Position numbers and translations under genes: made by a program
Part shown: one piece after another, positions 47,780 to 62,066 of the stretch
Position numbering within the stretch: the first letter of the stretch is position 1
Layout of the letters: each line of letters opens with the position of its first letter
The notes under the pieces: generated by a model
Told to the model about the DNA's origin: nothing
Database searches by the model: none
The model's input: only the letters and a program-made list of their open reading frames with translations
DNA from: Octopus sinensis
Taxonomy: Eukaryota
Length of the DNA stretch: 64,000 nucleotides
Assembly: GCF_006345805.1 (NCBI RefSeq)
Contig: NC_043001.1
Span: 117,924,001 to 117,988,000, forward strand
Reading direction: 5' to 3'

Positions 47780-49875
47780 GGTGATATTTTAGCGTGTGGT
47801 CAACTGCAGTATTCTGTCTACGCTATGAAATTACTTTTAGCGTGGGGTCTACCCTTTCTTACCCTTTTACACTTTAGCGTGCGGTCTTCCTCCACTGTAA
47901 GAGTTTTATACTGCAGGATAATAAAAACAAATTGAACAATGTTGAATAATGATTTATTAATAACTTACATTTAAGTTTTAATCAACGATACACACTTCAT
48001 ACATCATTTAGGAATGCCACAAACGAATCGGCTGCATCTTTCCTCAAAATTTTCCAGCAAAAGCTCACTAACACCTCTCATTTTTTTTTAAATAGTTGTT
48101 TTGAAATCCAACCATGACCTCCCAACAGACTGAGTATGTGCTCCTGTCACATATTATCCGTTCCTTGTATCAGACCAACATATGTTCCTTGGTGATTTTG
48201 TGGCGTCCACTTTGTAAGGCTTTCCTACAGACGTGTGCTCCACCTAGCTTTCAGAAAATTGTTTAAAATTTTATTTGACATTTTTCTCTGACCATGACAT
48301 TTCCACCATAGTTACCCCTTTTTCTTCTTTTACCTCCTTTTCTACTTTCGTTAAAGTATCTTACAGCCAAATTTTAGTTCTATTGGTTATTGTTGAATTG
48401 TTCTTTCACTTTCATGAAACTTCAAATGAAAGTTATCCAAAGAAAATTTATCAAGTTATGAACTTTTCCAGCTCTCCACCCCAGCCTCCGCTTGGATACA
48501 GAGTGGTGCTTGGGGGCGGAGTGGAAGATACCTCATGTCAGCACCTGAACTCACTACACAATAATGTAAATATGCTGCAAAGAATGAAAGCATGGAAATT
48601 CGTCCTAACAATTCTGTAGTGATGAGTTTTTATCATGACAAGTTGACCGATTTACTTTCAGTTTAACTGTTTTAAAATAAGCCTGTTTTTTTTCATGCTA
48701 ACATAAGAATTGTTAACAGCAAATGAGAGAATTGATAGCTGCCAACTGTTAAGTTGTAATTTCAATTTTGTATTTTTATTAATCATTCAATTTATTTCTT
48801 GCTTCTCACTACATTATAATGAGCAAAGAAAAAGCAAAGTATTACCAGCTAAAAATTCCGAAAGGAATGACTTGAGATGTCAGTATTTACCAAGAGGTTA
48901 TGTGAAGTACCTAGTGACCAATCCAAAGCATATTGCAGATGTAATATGTTGGCAAAAATATTCTCTTTTAGTAAGCCACTGCGAAGCAAAGAAACATAAG
49001 ACATCAACTCCACAGCAAATGATTCCTCTTACCAATTTTATTAAAACCAAAAATAAGAAGAAATCTCTGCTTGAAACAAATTTAGCAATGTTATTTGTTG
49101 CTACTCATCATTTGATTTCAATTGGCAACGCAGATGCAGACCCTTTATCCGAGTGAACTATGGAATCATTTTCACATTCTCATTGGTAATAGAGTGTTTC
49201 TGCCACAATGCTGCACATAGAAATATCAACAGTCAGAGCCTTGTTTCAGACCAAAGGATCATCAATTCTACATCCATGGTTCCTGTTATTTTGTACATCT
49301 ATGTAATTTTCTTGAACAAGAGGAGCATTGTCACCATTTAGCAGTCTCCCACGATTGTATTTCCATCGATCAGCAAATCTTACCTCATCAATTTCAATGG
49401 CGTTGTTGCTTGTTGACATTGAGAAATGATGGTTCCACGCACCTCTCTGCACATATTATACCAGTCATTTACCGTACTAGAAGACTTTCCTGTTAGAGTC
49501 ACTGCTTTATTCACGGGTATCTCCATTATGATAAAGGACACCAGCTCTAAAATCTCGCACAAACTCAAAATGAAAAAACGGTTACTTTTCCAAATAGAAT
49601 ACGGAGTTTGACACTCTTTTCGAGGACAGTGAAATATAGGTCAATATTCTCCACTTCTGTAACATTTTCGTTTTTCATGCATAACGCTACCACATCGATG
49701 ACAAGGGTCTGCTTCTTATGATGTATCCAGAAGATTGTTCTCTTATAAAAATACAACTGCTGTTTCCTCTGTAAAAATTATACGCCAATAGAAATCCTTT
49801 AACAGCATTGTAATGATTAAAATTAACTCAGGTTAAGAAGGTAAGAAAAGGTACACCACACGCTAAAATAGCACC
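47780..49875 (-). mobile_element. Merlin (IS1016/IS1595-like) DNA transposon remnant with both TIRs
   Basis: TIRs GGTG(A/C)TATTTTAGCGTGTGGT at both ends (20/21 match); minus-strand motifs IEIDEVRF..WKYNRGR and TGAHTQSV..W; flanks AATTATAG / AATTAATC look like a decayed 8-bp TSD. Confidence 0.75.
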
Positions 49876-51084
49876 AATTAATCTCCGTACATGATTTCGG
49901 TTGTTTCATTAATAGATGGAAAGATAAAAGGTTTATCAAAATTATATCATAAAGCAAATAAGCTAACACAAACATAGTGAAAGTTTGAACTTGGAACAAT
50001 GGCCATTCTCTTTGATTGGGTTCAAAGAGCATCATCCAGGGATAATAGTTTTGTCATTACAGATTGTCTGTGAATGAACAGGAAAATTCAAAATTGGTCA
50101 CACATCAAGAAAAGTCTGAGTCCCCGACCATATCTTGAGCTGATGACAACACTGAACATGTCCGTGAAATGGTTCTGCTGAAGACAGGGGACCACTGATG
50201 AAATGGTTCTGCTGAAGACAAGGGACCACTGATGAAATGGCAAATAATTCAAAATTTGGTTATGTTTCTACCAATGAAATCATCCGCAAGTTTGTGCAAT
50301 ATGACATCTAAAGCAACTCACAGAATTGTACAAACAAAATTGTTTAGAAATCTGCCAACGATCATACTAATGAAGATGAGACTTTCAAAAAAAATCATCC
50401 CAACTGACAAAATATGAAAACATTATGATGAACTGGAGACTAGACGACAAAATACAGAACGTTGATATCCACAAAGATTCAACAGGAAAAGCTCGAAATT
50501 AAGCCATCAATAGGAAAGTGATGCTGAAAGGAATTAGGACTCACAAAGACCAGCAGACCAACAGCAATCGTCAAAGAATTAAAGTAAACCTAGCAAAGAT
50601 AAAGAAAAAAAAACTTACCAAGAAAGAATGAACTCTATAAAATGGCTGTGTTCAGTGCAAAGGAAAGGTTAAGTGGGAATTCTATACTGTATACGACATG
50701 TAAACTATAGGTGCTCAAGATACTGTGAGATAAGAGAAAGCTGAGAGAAAAGGACTTCGTATGTAGCAGATGTAAAATGTAATTAACTGAAAGAATGAGC
50801 TGAGGAAAAAAAGACAATCTAAATATAAAAGTAATCAAATGTATCATGCAAGAGAAGGCTGCACAAGTATAGAAATAACAGTTGGGTAAAGAATTCCAAA
50901 TGATCCGATTGAAGGAACCTGTAGAATACAAAGAACACACAAGAAAAAAAAACAAGTGAAGACTGTTCTAAGAGACTAAGCCTCAAGAAGGTGACAAAGG
51001 ACTACAATAAGAGAGATGTTGTGCTAGAGAAAACCTACCTTCCTATGTAAGCATGTTAAAATAAATGTATAATGTTAAAATAAA

Positions 51085-51556
51085 GCATAAATGTAAAATA
51101 AATCGGAATCGAAATTGAACCAATCCTATGACTCGCACCCGGCAGATGCCAGGATCCCTGGACTGGAGATGCGTAAAAAGCACTATCCGAATCGTGGCCG
51201 ATGCCAGCGCCACCTCAACTGGCTTCCGTGTCGGTGGCACGTAAAAAGCACCATCCGAATCGTGGCCGAAGCCAGTGCCGCCTCGACTGGCTTCCGTGCA
51301 GGTGGCACGTAAAATGCGCCAATCCGTCCGTGGCCAATGCCAGCCTCGCCTGGCACCAGTGCAGGTGGCACGTAAAAAGCACCCACTACACTCTCGGAGT
51401 GGTTGGCGTTAGGAAGGGCATCCAGCTGCAGAAACATTGCCAGATAAGACCGGAGCCTGGTGCAGCCTTCTGGCTTCCCAGATCCCCGGTCGAACCATCC
51501 AACCCATGCTAGCATGGAGAACGGACGTTAAATGATGATGATGATGATGATGAATG
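51085..51556 (+). mobile_element. RTE-like short retroelement / 3' end with (GAT)n tail; second copy at ~53262-53716
   Basis: Internal repeats GGTGGCACGTAAAAAGCACC, then GGAGTGGTTGGCGTTAGGAAGGGC..CCAACCCATGCT(A/G)GCATGGA..(GAT)n in both copies. Confidence 0.6.
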
Positions 51557-51925
51557 ATGATCTGCAACAGACTTTAATACAAAACTTATAATCTGATAAT
51601 CCAAGACCATTTTCAATCTGCTTTACACGGATCAGTTAGATTAGCTCAAAAATTACTCAGTCTACCAAACTGAAAATAGACATTACATGTAGTTCAAGAC
51701 CAAAGAAAAAAAATGAGTGGTTTGTCAGAGTTCAAATTCTACTATATAAATATGAAAAGGGTTTTCACTAGTGCTCCTTATGGCTCCACAGAATTAAACT
51801 AATGACAAGGCAATGTATTAAACAAGGCAAAAATGTAGAGCGATCAAAACAAAAGCTATATAAAATGGAAAAAAATATCAACTTCTGTGATCACACTACA
51901 TGTGTTTTTAAATTAATCTTGAAAA

Positions 51926-52435
51926 TCTCTCTATATAAAACTGTAGTTGTGTGAGTGTCTGTCCCCTTCGATTTAGATTCCTAACGACTCCCACATTTTG
52001 CGGTGCAGTTTAACCAAATTCGGGTATCTTATAGTCGTGATTCATATCGAGCCCGTCTGAGTATTAGCGCGCGTCTACGATGAGTCTACGATTTTAAAAA
52101 TAATTTAACATTTTTTATTCCATTTTAATGCATAATTTTTCGTGTGTCGATGGCGGCGGAGTTGGCATCCACGCTCACACCTGCACCTGTTTGCTTCTGC
52201 CCCTTCTTCCCTCCCTCGTGAAGCTGTGGGGAAGGGAGTGTAAGGAAATCAACGTCATAAAGCGTTGTCAAGGAGACCAGCGTTCTTTTAGAACAACGAC
52301 TTCATGGCTTGAAGACACCAAAACAGAAATGGCTAAGAAAGCCCGAATTGGCATCTATAAGGGAAGTAACTCTCTAAAAATGCTTATATAGTTATTTCCC
52401 TTACAAACCCGAGCAACGCCGGGCGATACTGCTAG
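51926..52435 (+). mobile_element. Non-autonomous Helitron
   Basis: A|TCTCTCTATATAAA 5' end; CCCGAGCAACGCCGGG hairpin and CTAG|T 3' end; no TSD. Confidence 0.85.
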
Positions 52436-53219
52436 TAATCAATAATTTGAAAATATTTGGTAAAGTATCTTCGTTATCAATAAGTTGGTGCTTGGAACTC
52501 CTCTCATAGAATCAGCAGCCGGTTTGGAGTAAAATGATAGCAAAAGAACACACACATCAACAATACACACATTTTTTAATCATCATAATCTCTATACTTA
52601 TAAAAGGCAAAGTTTGTTTGTACGTCGACTGTTGAAAACATTAATAATTGATATTCCAGGTTTTCCATGTCATTTAAATTAATTTGACCATTCTGCAGAT
52701 AACTGTGCACTTATTTTCTGAAAACAGGAGGCTGAGTTGGTGGTGTATGGTTCCTACTTCTGGCAATCCACATACTATCTATTTCATTGTAATGTCTATA
52801 TCTATCTATACCCTTATAAAAAGCAAAGTTTGTTTGTTTGCACATTGACCAGTGAAAACACTACATAAAATAAAATTGATAATACTTTCTTACATATAGG
52901 CTATACCTACACAAGAGTGCTGCACCCATTTTTTTTTTCATAACTTTACCAAAAATGGATACTTTTAAATAAAATTTTCTACAAATATGCTTCTAATAGT
53001 GTAAATTCCAACAACATTGGAATTTGTTGTGAAAAGCCAAATCATTTCAATTTTGTGAAACTGTTTTCCTAACTTGCAGAAAATGTTTTACACAACAAAT
53101 TCCAAAATAATTGGAATGTTTTTGTATAAAATTTCATTAAAAATATACATTTTTCTGAAAGTTACAAAACAAATTCTGTGGGGCACAGTTGTGTAGTTAT
53201 GGCCGTAAAAGAAAAGTTT

Positions 53220-53259
<40 letters not shown>

Positions 53260-55207
53260 GATAACTGGCATCCGTGCTATTGGAGCGCTAAGAGTACCAT
53301 ACGAATGAGATCGTTGCCAGAGCAGCAAGCTGGCCTCCATGCTGATGGCACGTTAAAAACACCATTCGAGTGTGATCACTACCTGCGTTGCCTTACTTGT
53401 GCTGGTGGCACATGAAAAAACATTCGAGTGAGGTCGTTGCCAGTGCCGCTGGAGACTGGCTCCTATGCAGGTGGCACATAAAAAGCACCATTTGAGCGTG
53501 GCCATTGCCAGTACCGCCTGACTGGCTCTTGTGCCGGTGGCACGTTAAAGCACCCACTAAACTCTCAGAGTGGTTGGCGTTAGGAAGGGCAACCAGCTGT
53601 AGAAACTCTGCCAAATCAGATTGGAGTCTGATGCAGCCATCTGGTTCACCAGACCTCATTCAAATCGTCCAACCCATGCTGGCATGGAAAGCAGACATTA
53701 AACGATGATGATGATGAGATGCAGGAAAACCGAAATTCTTACAGATGCATTCTGACGTATAAACATAATACGCACCTATATTTATATATACCTACATACA
53801 TTCCTATATTTTTGAACATTACAGTCATACACACACACATATATAAAGCAAAGTTTATTTTTTTGTACGTTGACTGCTGAAAACACTAAATAAAATTGAT
53901 AATATTTCAGGGTTTTCGTGTCATTTCAATTTATTTCACCATTCCACAAATAACTGTGCACTAATTTTCTGAAAACAGAAGGGGAAGGGGTAGTTGCTGG
54001 TGTTTTGGCCTCTATTTCTAGCAATCCTCAAACTATTTCACCATAATGCTTTTTACATATCTATACAAGAGTGCCCCACCGAATTTGTTCCTTCATAACT
54101 TTAGGGAAAATGGAAATCTTTAAATAAAATTTTCTACAAATATGCTTCTAATGGTGTAGATTCCAACTATATCAGAATTTATAATACTAACAATACTTCT
54201 TTTTCAGAAAATGAGGAGGGAAGGGCCCTTTGCAATTATAGATAAGCACATCTCAACAGTTTTAATTGGGGGTTGTGAAGAAATTCTTTTCTTCCTACGT
54301 TTCTTCCTGTCTTTCCATGCATCAAATTCATTGCATAGCCAATAACAGTGTATTTTATGACTATGGCCTTATCTACTGATAGCCTCTAAAATAATACCCT
54401 TCCAGAAAAACTGGCGGCAACAGTCCCAAAGAGAGAAACCAAATGTCTATGAAGTCAAAAGTTCTCCACAACACAACCGCAATTTCTAATGCTACCTCAA
54501 ATGCCTGATTTTATGGCAAGACACATTTTCCGATCGCTACAAATTCATCTTATCCCCAAAACACTTTCACATTGACCTAGTATTGAAACATCCTTTCTCT
54601 TACAAGTAATCATATTTTTGATTGGTGAAGAGAAATTTGGTGACATATTGTAAATTAATGTTCAAAATTGTGATGCACTTATTGAAATACTCTTTTTAAT
54701 CATCTTTTATTGTAAGGAAAATGGTCATTACGATAGATGCCAATATGTGCCTTATGCATACATTTGGGCAGCGTACAGGCCAGGCCAAAGGCTGGGCTGC
54801 ACACTAATAAGACATAAAAGAAAAACAAGGCAAAATGAATTTATGTATTTTATTGATGATGATGATGATTGTGATATGATGAGTGACAATATTTAGGCGA
54901 ATACCCTAGCAGAGGCTTGGTTTGTTGAGTCCAACACAGAAGACAAAAATAAAGGATATGGATGGAGAGAAAATGAACCAGTGACGAATTAAATTGAGTT
55001 GGTTGTTTCTTTTTCAGTTGTAGATAAAGTTGAACCTGGAAATATGAAAGAAAGGAAAAAATGAGATGTTATATTAATACCAAGCGGGCAAACCAAAGAG
55101 AGAATATCAACATACAATAAAATAGCAAGAAAATCTTCAAATAACTATTGTCTCAGAAGGGCACATAAGACAGTTTGTGATAAACAATGACTGAAAATAG
55201 ACTGTAC

Positions 55208-55935
55208 GGTCACAGCTGAAATGCCTTTGATCCATCAGGGATGAACTGTGGTTAAACAAGGTCACAGCTGAAATGCCTTTGATCCATCAGGACTGAACTG
55301 TGGTTAAACAAGGTCACAGCTGAAATGCCTTTGATCCATCAGGACTGAACTGTGGTTAAACAAAGTCACAGCTGAAATGCCTTTGATCCATCAGGACTGA
55401 ACTGTGGTTAAACAAGGTCACAGCTGAAATGCCTTTGATCCATCAGGACTGAACTGTGGTTAAACAAGGTCACAGCTGAAATGCCTTTGATCCATCAGGA
55501 CTGAACTGTGGTTAAACAAGGTCACAGCTGAAATGCCTTTGATCCATCAGGGCTGAACTGTGGTTAAACAAGGTCACAGCTGAAATGCCTTTGATCCATC
55601 AGGACTGAACTGTGGTTAAACAAGGTCACAGCTGAAATGCCTTTGATCCATCAGGGCTGAACTGTGGTTAAACAAAGTCACAGCTGAAATGCCTTTGATC
55701 CATCAGGGCTGAACTGTGGTTAAACAAAGTCACAGCTGAAATGCCTTTGATCCATCAGGGCTGAACTGTGGTTAAACAAGGTCACAGCTGAAATGCCTTT
55801 GATCCATCAGGACTGAACTGTGGTTAAACAAGGTCACAGCTGAAATGCCTTTGATCCATCAGGGCTGAACTGTGGTTAAACAAGGTCACAGCTGAAATGC
55901 CTTTGATCCATCAGGGCTGAACTGTGGTTAAACAA
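55208..55935 (+). repeat. 52-bp minisatellite, 14 copies
   Basis: Unit GGTCACAGCTGAAATGCCTTTGATCCATCAGG(A/G)CTGAACTGTGGTTAAACAA; the array ends in (CAA)n. Confidence 0.97.
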
Positions 55936-58751
55936 CAACAAAAATGAAAAACTAGTGCAGTAAAAACTAACAAACACACACTAAAATTTACATTTATATG
56001 TCTTAAAGCAAACATAATCATTTCTAACAGGCACACAACCACCATAATAACTTTCTTCCATAGGCACAAGGCTTATATATTTGAGAGGATGAAAGGCAAA
56101 GTTGACCTCAGCAGGATTTGAAACACAAAAGTAAAAAACTGGAGCAAATGCTACAAAGTCCAATGCCATAACAATTCTATTAATCTAATGTTCTGTTAAT
56201 AATTGCTTTTAATACAGGTACAAGGCCTGGAATTTAAAGCCAACCCAGTATTAGGCTGGTACTTTATTTTATTGAGTGCAAAAGATGACCTCTGTAGAAT
56301 TTGCACTCAGGATACAAAGAGCCCTAACCAAATACCACAAAGAATCTGGCTTAATATTCATATAATTTTGCCAATCTATCCTATGATATTAGATACATTA
56401 GTGCATTCATATAAAAGTGAAGATAGGACATAAACAAAGAAAGTAACTTCCTGGTTTCTTGTAAGTAAATGGCAATGTGCTGGACAAGTCCAGTTATAAT
56501 CAAATTGGAATGAGTACAAATACATAAAGCTGCATGTGCACACACACACACACACACACACATATGTACACCCATTATCTTTCATATACATATATATACA
56601 TTCAATGTGCAAGTGTGTGTGAGAGTGAATATAAATGCATAGAGCTGAACACGCTCGCACGCACATACATAACGTGCGTGCGCGCACATCTTTCGCTTTC
56701 CACCGTCTTCAATGTCCTGAAACCGAAAGTAAATAAAGAAAAAAAATTTCACGGAAACTAACGAACAAACAGCTGTAAACATTGACAGGTCTGGGACCAA
56801 TAACAAATGATTGCCGACATTTGTATAGGTGTGTGTTTATGTCCCCTTAGCGGTTCAGCAGAACAGAAAGATAGAATGGTTAATGTTTACAAAAAAATGT
56901 GTATTAATGGAATATGAAAATAAAAATTTGAGCTAACAAATCAGGGGATGGAGTGAGGACTTTCGGAAAATTCACAAAATCCAATTTTTGCCCTCATAAC
57001 TTTTAGGAAAATGGATATCTCTTAATGAAATTTTATATAAATACCTTTCAAACAGCATAGATTAGGATTATAAAGAAATTTGTAAGGAAAATTTTTCTGG
57101 AGATGGGGGAGAAGACCTTCGTAGTGAAAGAAATTCATAAATTATTTTTTTACTTGAGTGTAATGGAAATAAGTTTCAAAAAAATCTTTTAGATTCATCT
57201 ATTTTTCGTTTGAGTAAATAGAAAAAGGGGATCTAGCCTTTCTTGTTCGCAAAATTAACCCCCACCTTAATTTTGCCCAGATTGCTTTCAATTTTGGTGT
57301 ATCGATGCAACTCTGAACTTTGAATACGATCAATCAATCACTTTATCTCATAAATTACAGAATCTGATGTTGTTTAGCATTAAAGTAGGGACATTTAGGT
57401 AATTTTAGCCAATCAACAGACAGCATGGCAATAGCAGCTTGTTGCCATGACAACCTCACAGTGTGTTGTGGTTCACTGTTGTTTATGCTGCAGTTGATTT
57501 TTCACGATTAATTCTTCACACCATTTTACATATTTTTTTTTTGTGTTAGTATTTTTACATATTTTTTTATTTTATATACTTTTGGGACTCATCGACTCAG
57601 ATAGTTGGATTTATGATTTCACTAGGCTAATTCTGTTCATAAAAATTTGAATTGGGAATATTTCTTAAATCGTTAGCTTCACATTTCCAACAACTGAAAT
57701 TTAGCCCACATAACAGGAACTTAAAGGGATATCATGGAACAGAGAAACTGGGTGATACAGATAATTTGGGCGAAGGTAAAGACCCCCCACCCTTTTGGGA
57801 TTTCTTTTTTTTTTTTACAAGAATCTACAACATCGAGTGCGGAGATTCCGAGTCTGCAAAACCATCTGCTTTTCAAAATTTTAATTTTCCCAGCCCGCCT
57901 TAATTTCTTTAAATTTTCACTTTTTTAAAAAGTATTTTTTGGCGAAATACGTAGAAAAAATAAGATTATGATTCTGAAGAAAAATTCTCTAAAATTTCAA
58001 TTTTTCAAAAATACACCCACCTCCTAAAGGGGTCTATTGTCTTTACCTCCGCCGATAATTTGGCATTTTTAAATTCTGCATGCAAAAACATGAAATTCTT
58101 TTCCTTGGGACAAATTCTTTTTTGACTAGTGTTATTCTTATCGTAGTTTACAAATGCAAGCTTAAAAACGTGGAGCTCCTTTAGAAACGCACCTAAGAAA
58201 ATGAAATACAATGGAAAATATATACAAAATAACTGATGTATGCAAAAAATTAAAAAGATTCGTCCATTTTTAAATATTTTATGCTAAAAAAAAATAAAAG
58301 GGAAACTCTCGAATCTAAACGTACCTGTCGGACGATATTAGGGGAGGTAATTTACTTTTACCAGTCGGGTATTATTAATGATACAAGGAGCCCGACAATA
58401 TCGTTAGCAAATTCTTGATTATTTTTAATCAGAGTTTCTTTTACCTTCGCCCATTTTATGATGTTGTGATTATACGACAGAAATAATTATAAAACCATAG
58501 AGAAAATATATTTAAGACGCATTCAAGTTTTGTTATTTTCATTTTTGTTTTCAGTTTACAGAGAAAATAAATTATAGAACACATAACACAGCAAAACTTT
58601 CCAAATAATCCATGGAGCTGTTATAATAGATAGAAGTATTTCACAGGAGATAAATCATTAACTGCCTGATGCGCAATGAACTCAATTACACTGACTTATT
58701 CCCCTTGTTCACAAGAATTTTTACTTTCATTTTGATTTCCGAGAAATAGTA

Positions 58752-59208
58752 TCTCTCTCTATATAAACGGCAGTTTGTCTGTCTGTGTGTCTGTCAGGTT
58801 GTACCCTCACCCTGACCACGGCTTTCAACCAATTCTGATTAAACTTGGCACACACATAGCCCAATGTCATAATTCAAAACTAACGCAGCGAAACTTTTGA
58901 AAAGTTCACCCAGTTCTGAAAAAATCGATAAATTCAACATGGGGTCGAGAATCTAAGCTTTTTATATGCAACACATTTTCTGGGCTGTACGTGGGCTGTT
59001 CACGCGTTGGGAGGCGCAATGATGTTTTCATGATTTTGCCCAAAGGGACAGCTAGGAACATCGTATACACAGAAGTATTCGAGTGAAGAGAAGACATTGC
59101 AACCTACATATGCGCCTTCGTTCCCTAGAGGGAAAGGACTAGATTGGGATTAGTCGTTGCCTACTAGGGGCTCTTACATACCCGGGCAACGCCGGGCTAT
59201 GCTGCTAG
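58752..59208 (+). mobile_element. Non-autonomous Helitron
   Basis: A|TCTCTCTCTATATAAA..(GTCT)n 5' end; CCCGGGCAACGCCGGG hairpin + CTAG|T. Confidence 0.85.
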
Positions 59209-60027
59209 TCATTAATAATACCTGGTTGGCAAAAGCAACTTATCTCCCTATCTATCGTCGCCAGTGCCCGTTTTCAGTTTCTTTTTATTTTTGAGTATAA
59301 AATATTTTTAATGAATGAATCTTTCTAATTTTTTGCATATATCATTTATTTGGAGCAAAGGATCTTTTCGGTTTGAACGGCAGTTTTTAACATAATTTCT
59401 AGGTAACTAAAAAAATTTAAACTTCGTATACTGGTAGAATGTGTTTATTAAACATCTTCTTCTCGGATCTTTTCGGTTTGAACGGCAGCTTTTTTCTAGC
59501 GGTGTCACATGAAATTGTCACCCGTAATTATGACCCTGGTATCGATCTATTGCATTTCAATCTGTTTTAGGGTTAGGGATTGGGGGAAGGGTATCTTTTT
59601 TTTCTTAACAAATGTAAATAAACCCAATCTGTTTCTTAAACGAGGGACATATTCATACGGCACGGAATGATTTTTACCTCGATGGACGTCATTGATTGGT
59701 TGAAATTGAAGAAAAAAAATATCTTACAAACTATAGGTTTTTTTCAATGAAATTTAAACGGCATACATTACAATTATAAAGAAATTTGTGGGGAATATCA
59801 TTTCCAAGGGGGTGGGGAGAGAACTTCGGAAAATTCACAAAATCCGAGTTTTTCCTTCATAACTTTCAGGAAAACGGGGTTTTTACGATGGAATTTTATA
59901 GAAATACTATTGAAACGGCATACATTACGATTGTAAGGTAATTTGTGGGAGAGGACTTTGGAAAATTCACAACATGCAACTTTATCCCTCATAATTGAAT
60001 ATATATATATATGTATGTGTATATATA

Positions 60028-60101
<74 letters not shown>

Positions 60102-60289
60102 AAGTAATAAAGAGTGAATGAGAATAATTGAAAATAAAACAAAATTGAAGCCAAAACACTAAAAATTATAGAAAGTGGGTAGAAATAAACACTACGTAGT
60201 GTAGTAGTACTACGCTAGGGTACGCTAGGGTATTTGTAGAAAGTTGAATGTGGTTTCGGAATATAATGAGGAAAAATTCGGATCTTGGG

Positions 60290-60940
60290 GACTTTCCGAA
60301 AGTCCTCTACCCACATCAAGGTTTACCCCACAAATTACTTTATAGTCGTAATGAATGCCGTTTCAATAGTATTTCTATTAAATTTCATTAAAAAAAAACC
60401 ATTTTCCTGAAAGTTACGAGGGAAAAGCTCGGATTTTGTGAATTTTCCCAAGTCCTTTCCCCATCCCCTTGGAAAAGATTTTCCTCACAAATTTCTTTCT
60501 AATCCGAAAGTATGCCGCTTGAAAGATATTTCTATAAAATTTCATTCAAAAAACCCCATTTTCCTAAAACTTGTGAGGGAAAAACTCGGATTTTGTGAAT
60601 TTTCCGAAGTCCTCTCCCCACCGAGTTGGATGAGATTTTCCTCAAATTTTTCTTTATAATCCGAAAGCATGCCCTTTGAAAGGTATTTCTATAAAATTTC
60701 ATTGAAAAAAAACCATTTTCCTAAAAGTTATGTGGGAAAAACTCGGATTTTGTGAATTTTCCGAAGTCCTTTCCCCATCCCCGTTGGAAAAGATTTTCCA
60801 CACAAATTTCTTTATAATCGTAATCTATGCCGTTTGAAAGGTATTTCTATAAAATTTCATTGAAGAAACCCCATTTTCCTAAAAGTTACGAGGGAAAAAC
60901 TCGGATCTTATAAATTTTCCAAAGTCCTCTCCCCACCCTC
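60290..60940 (+). repeat. ~156-bp tandem repeat, about 4 copies; inverted relatives at ~59750-60000 and ~56940-57130
   Basis: TTTTCCT(A/G)AAAGTTA..GAAAAACTCGGATTTTGTGAATTTTCC recurs; ATAATC unit starts at 60656 and 60812. Confidence 0.85.
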
Positions 60941-62066
60941 CCGTTTCTTTGCTGCTTGCGATAGTAGTCGAGGAGGAACAACTTCCGGGTCATCTCTACT
61001 AAATGCCACCACTCTGTTCTATGTCCAGCAGCCACCTTTATCCTTTCTAGTCAGCACCGTGCATTCCTTACTCTTTCCCTCCCTACTACACTATCAACTA
61101 GCAACCAGCCAGCGAACTTGTTACTGCACTGCAGTTACCGTATTTTCAGGTGTATAAGCCGCTATTTTTCTTTTACCGTCAGGTTTTAATAATGCTATTT
61201 TTCATCTAATAAAGACTTTTATATTGACGAAATATGTTTGTTGTTGATTATAGTAAGATAAAATCGTGACAATGACAATACATCTCATAGTTAGAAAATA
61301 AGGCATTTTGAAACTACATACACGTCAAGGATCTGTTCAGTTTGGCTCAAACACTGAAGAGATCCAATTTCATTGCAAGATATCCATTTTCCTAAAGGTT
61401 ATGAGGGGGAAAATTCGGATCGTGTGAATTTTCCGAAAGTCCTATTCTCGCCCCCGATTCGTTACTGCAAATTTTTATTTTCATATTTCATTATTGCACA
61501 TTTTTTTTTACACCTGTTACACTCGTTTTGATTTCTGTTTTGGTAACCAGTAGTAAAAGTAACATTAACCGATAGAATACCAGGTTTCAAAAAATGAGCC
61601 CTGGGATCGATTCATTCGACTAAAAATTCTCCAAGGCGGTACCCCAGCATAGCCACAGGCTAATGACTCAAACAAGATACAAGCAAAATATACTGAAATG
61701 ATCTTAACGAAAGAAGGTGCAGTTACTCGGCTGATTAAAACTAGCAGCCAAATCTTATCCTACCTTTTCACTTTAACATTTCTGAGAAAATATTACTTTC
61801 GTTTTTATTTCCAAGAAGTGCTTACTTTAGATACAATGACCAGCAAAACTTTCCAAGTACAAACAGAGATTTCGTAGAAAAGTAATCTATGGAGCTGTTA
61901 TAATAAATAGCAGTATTTCACAGGAGATAAATCATTAACTGCCTGATGCGTAATGAACTCAATTACACTGACTTATTCCCCTTGTTCACAAGAATTTTTA
62001 CTTTCATTTTGATTTCCGAGAAACAGAATCTTCACAAGTATTACTTTGTCATTACATACGTTCACT

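Noticed and set aside
55208-55935. Regular 52-bp array as a possible CRISPR
   Set aside because: No unique spacers, no cas genes, eukaryotic context. CTGATGG on the minus strand does not complete a hammerhead core either.
60955-61260. ETS-like ACTTCCGG and possible GTAAG donor as promoter/first exon of the ParB-like gene
   Set aside because: Short motifs that occur by chance; needs 5' RACE or CAGE.
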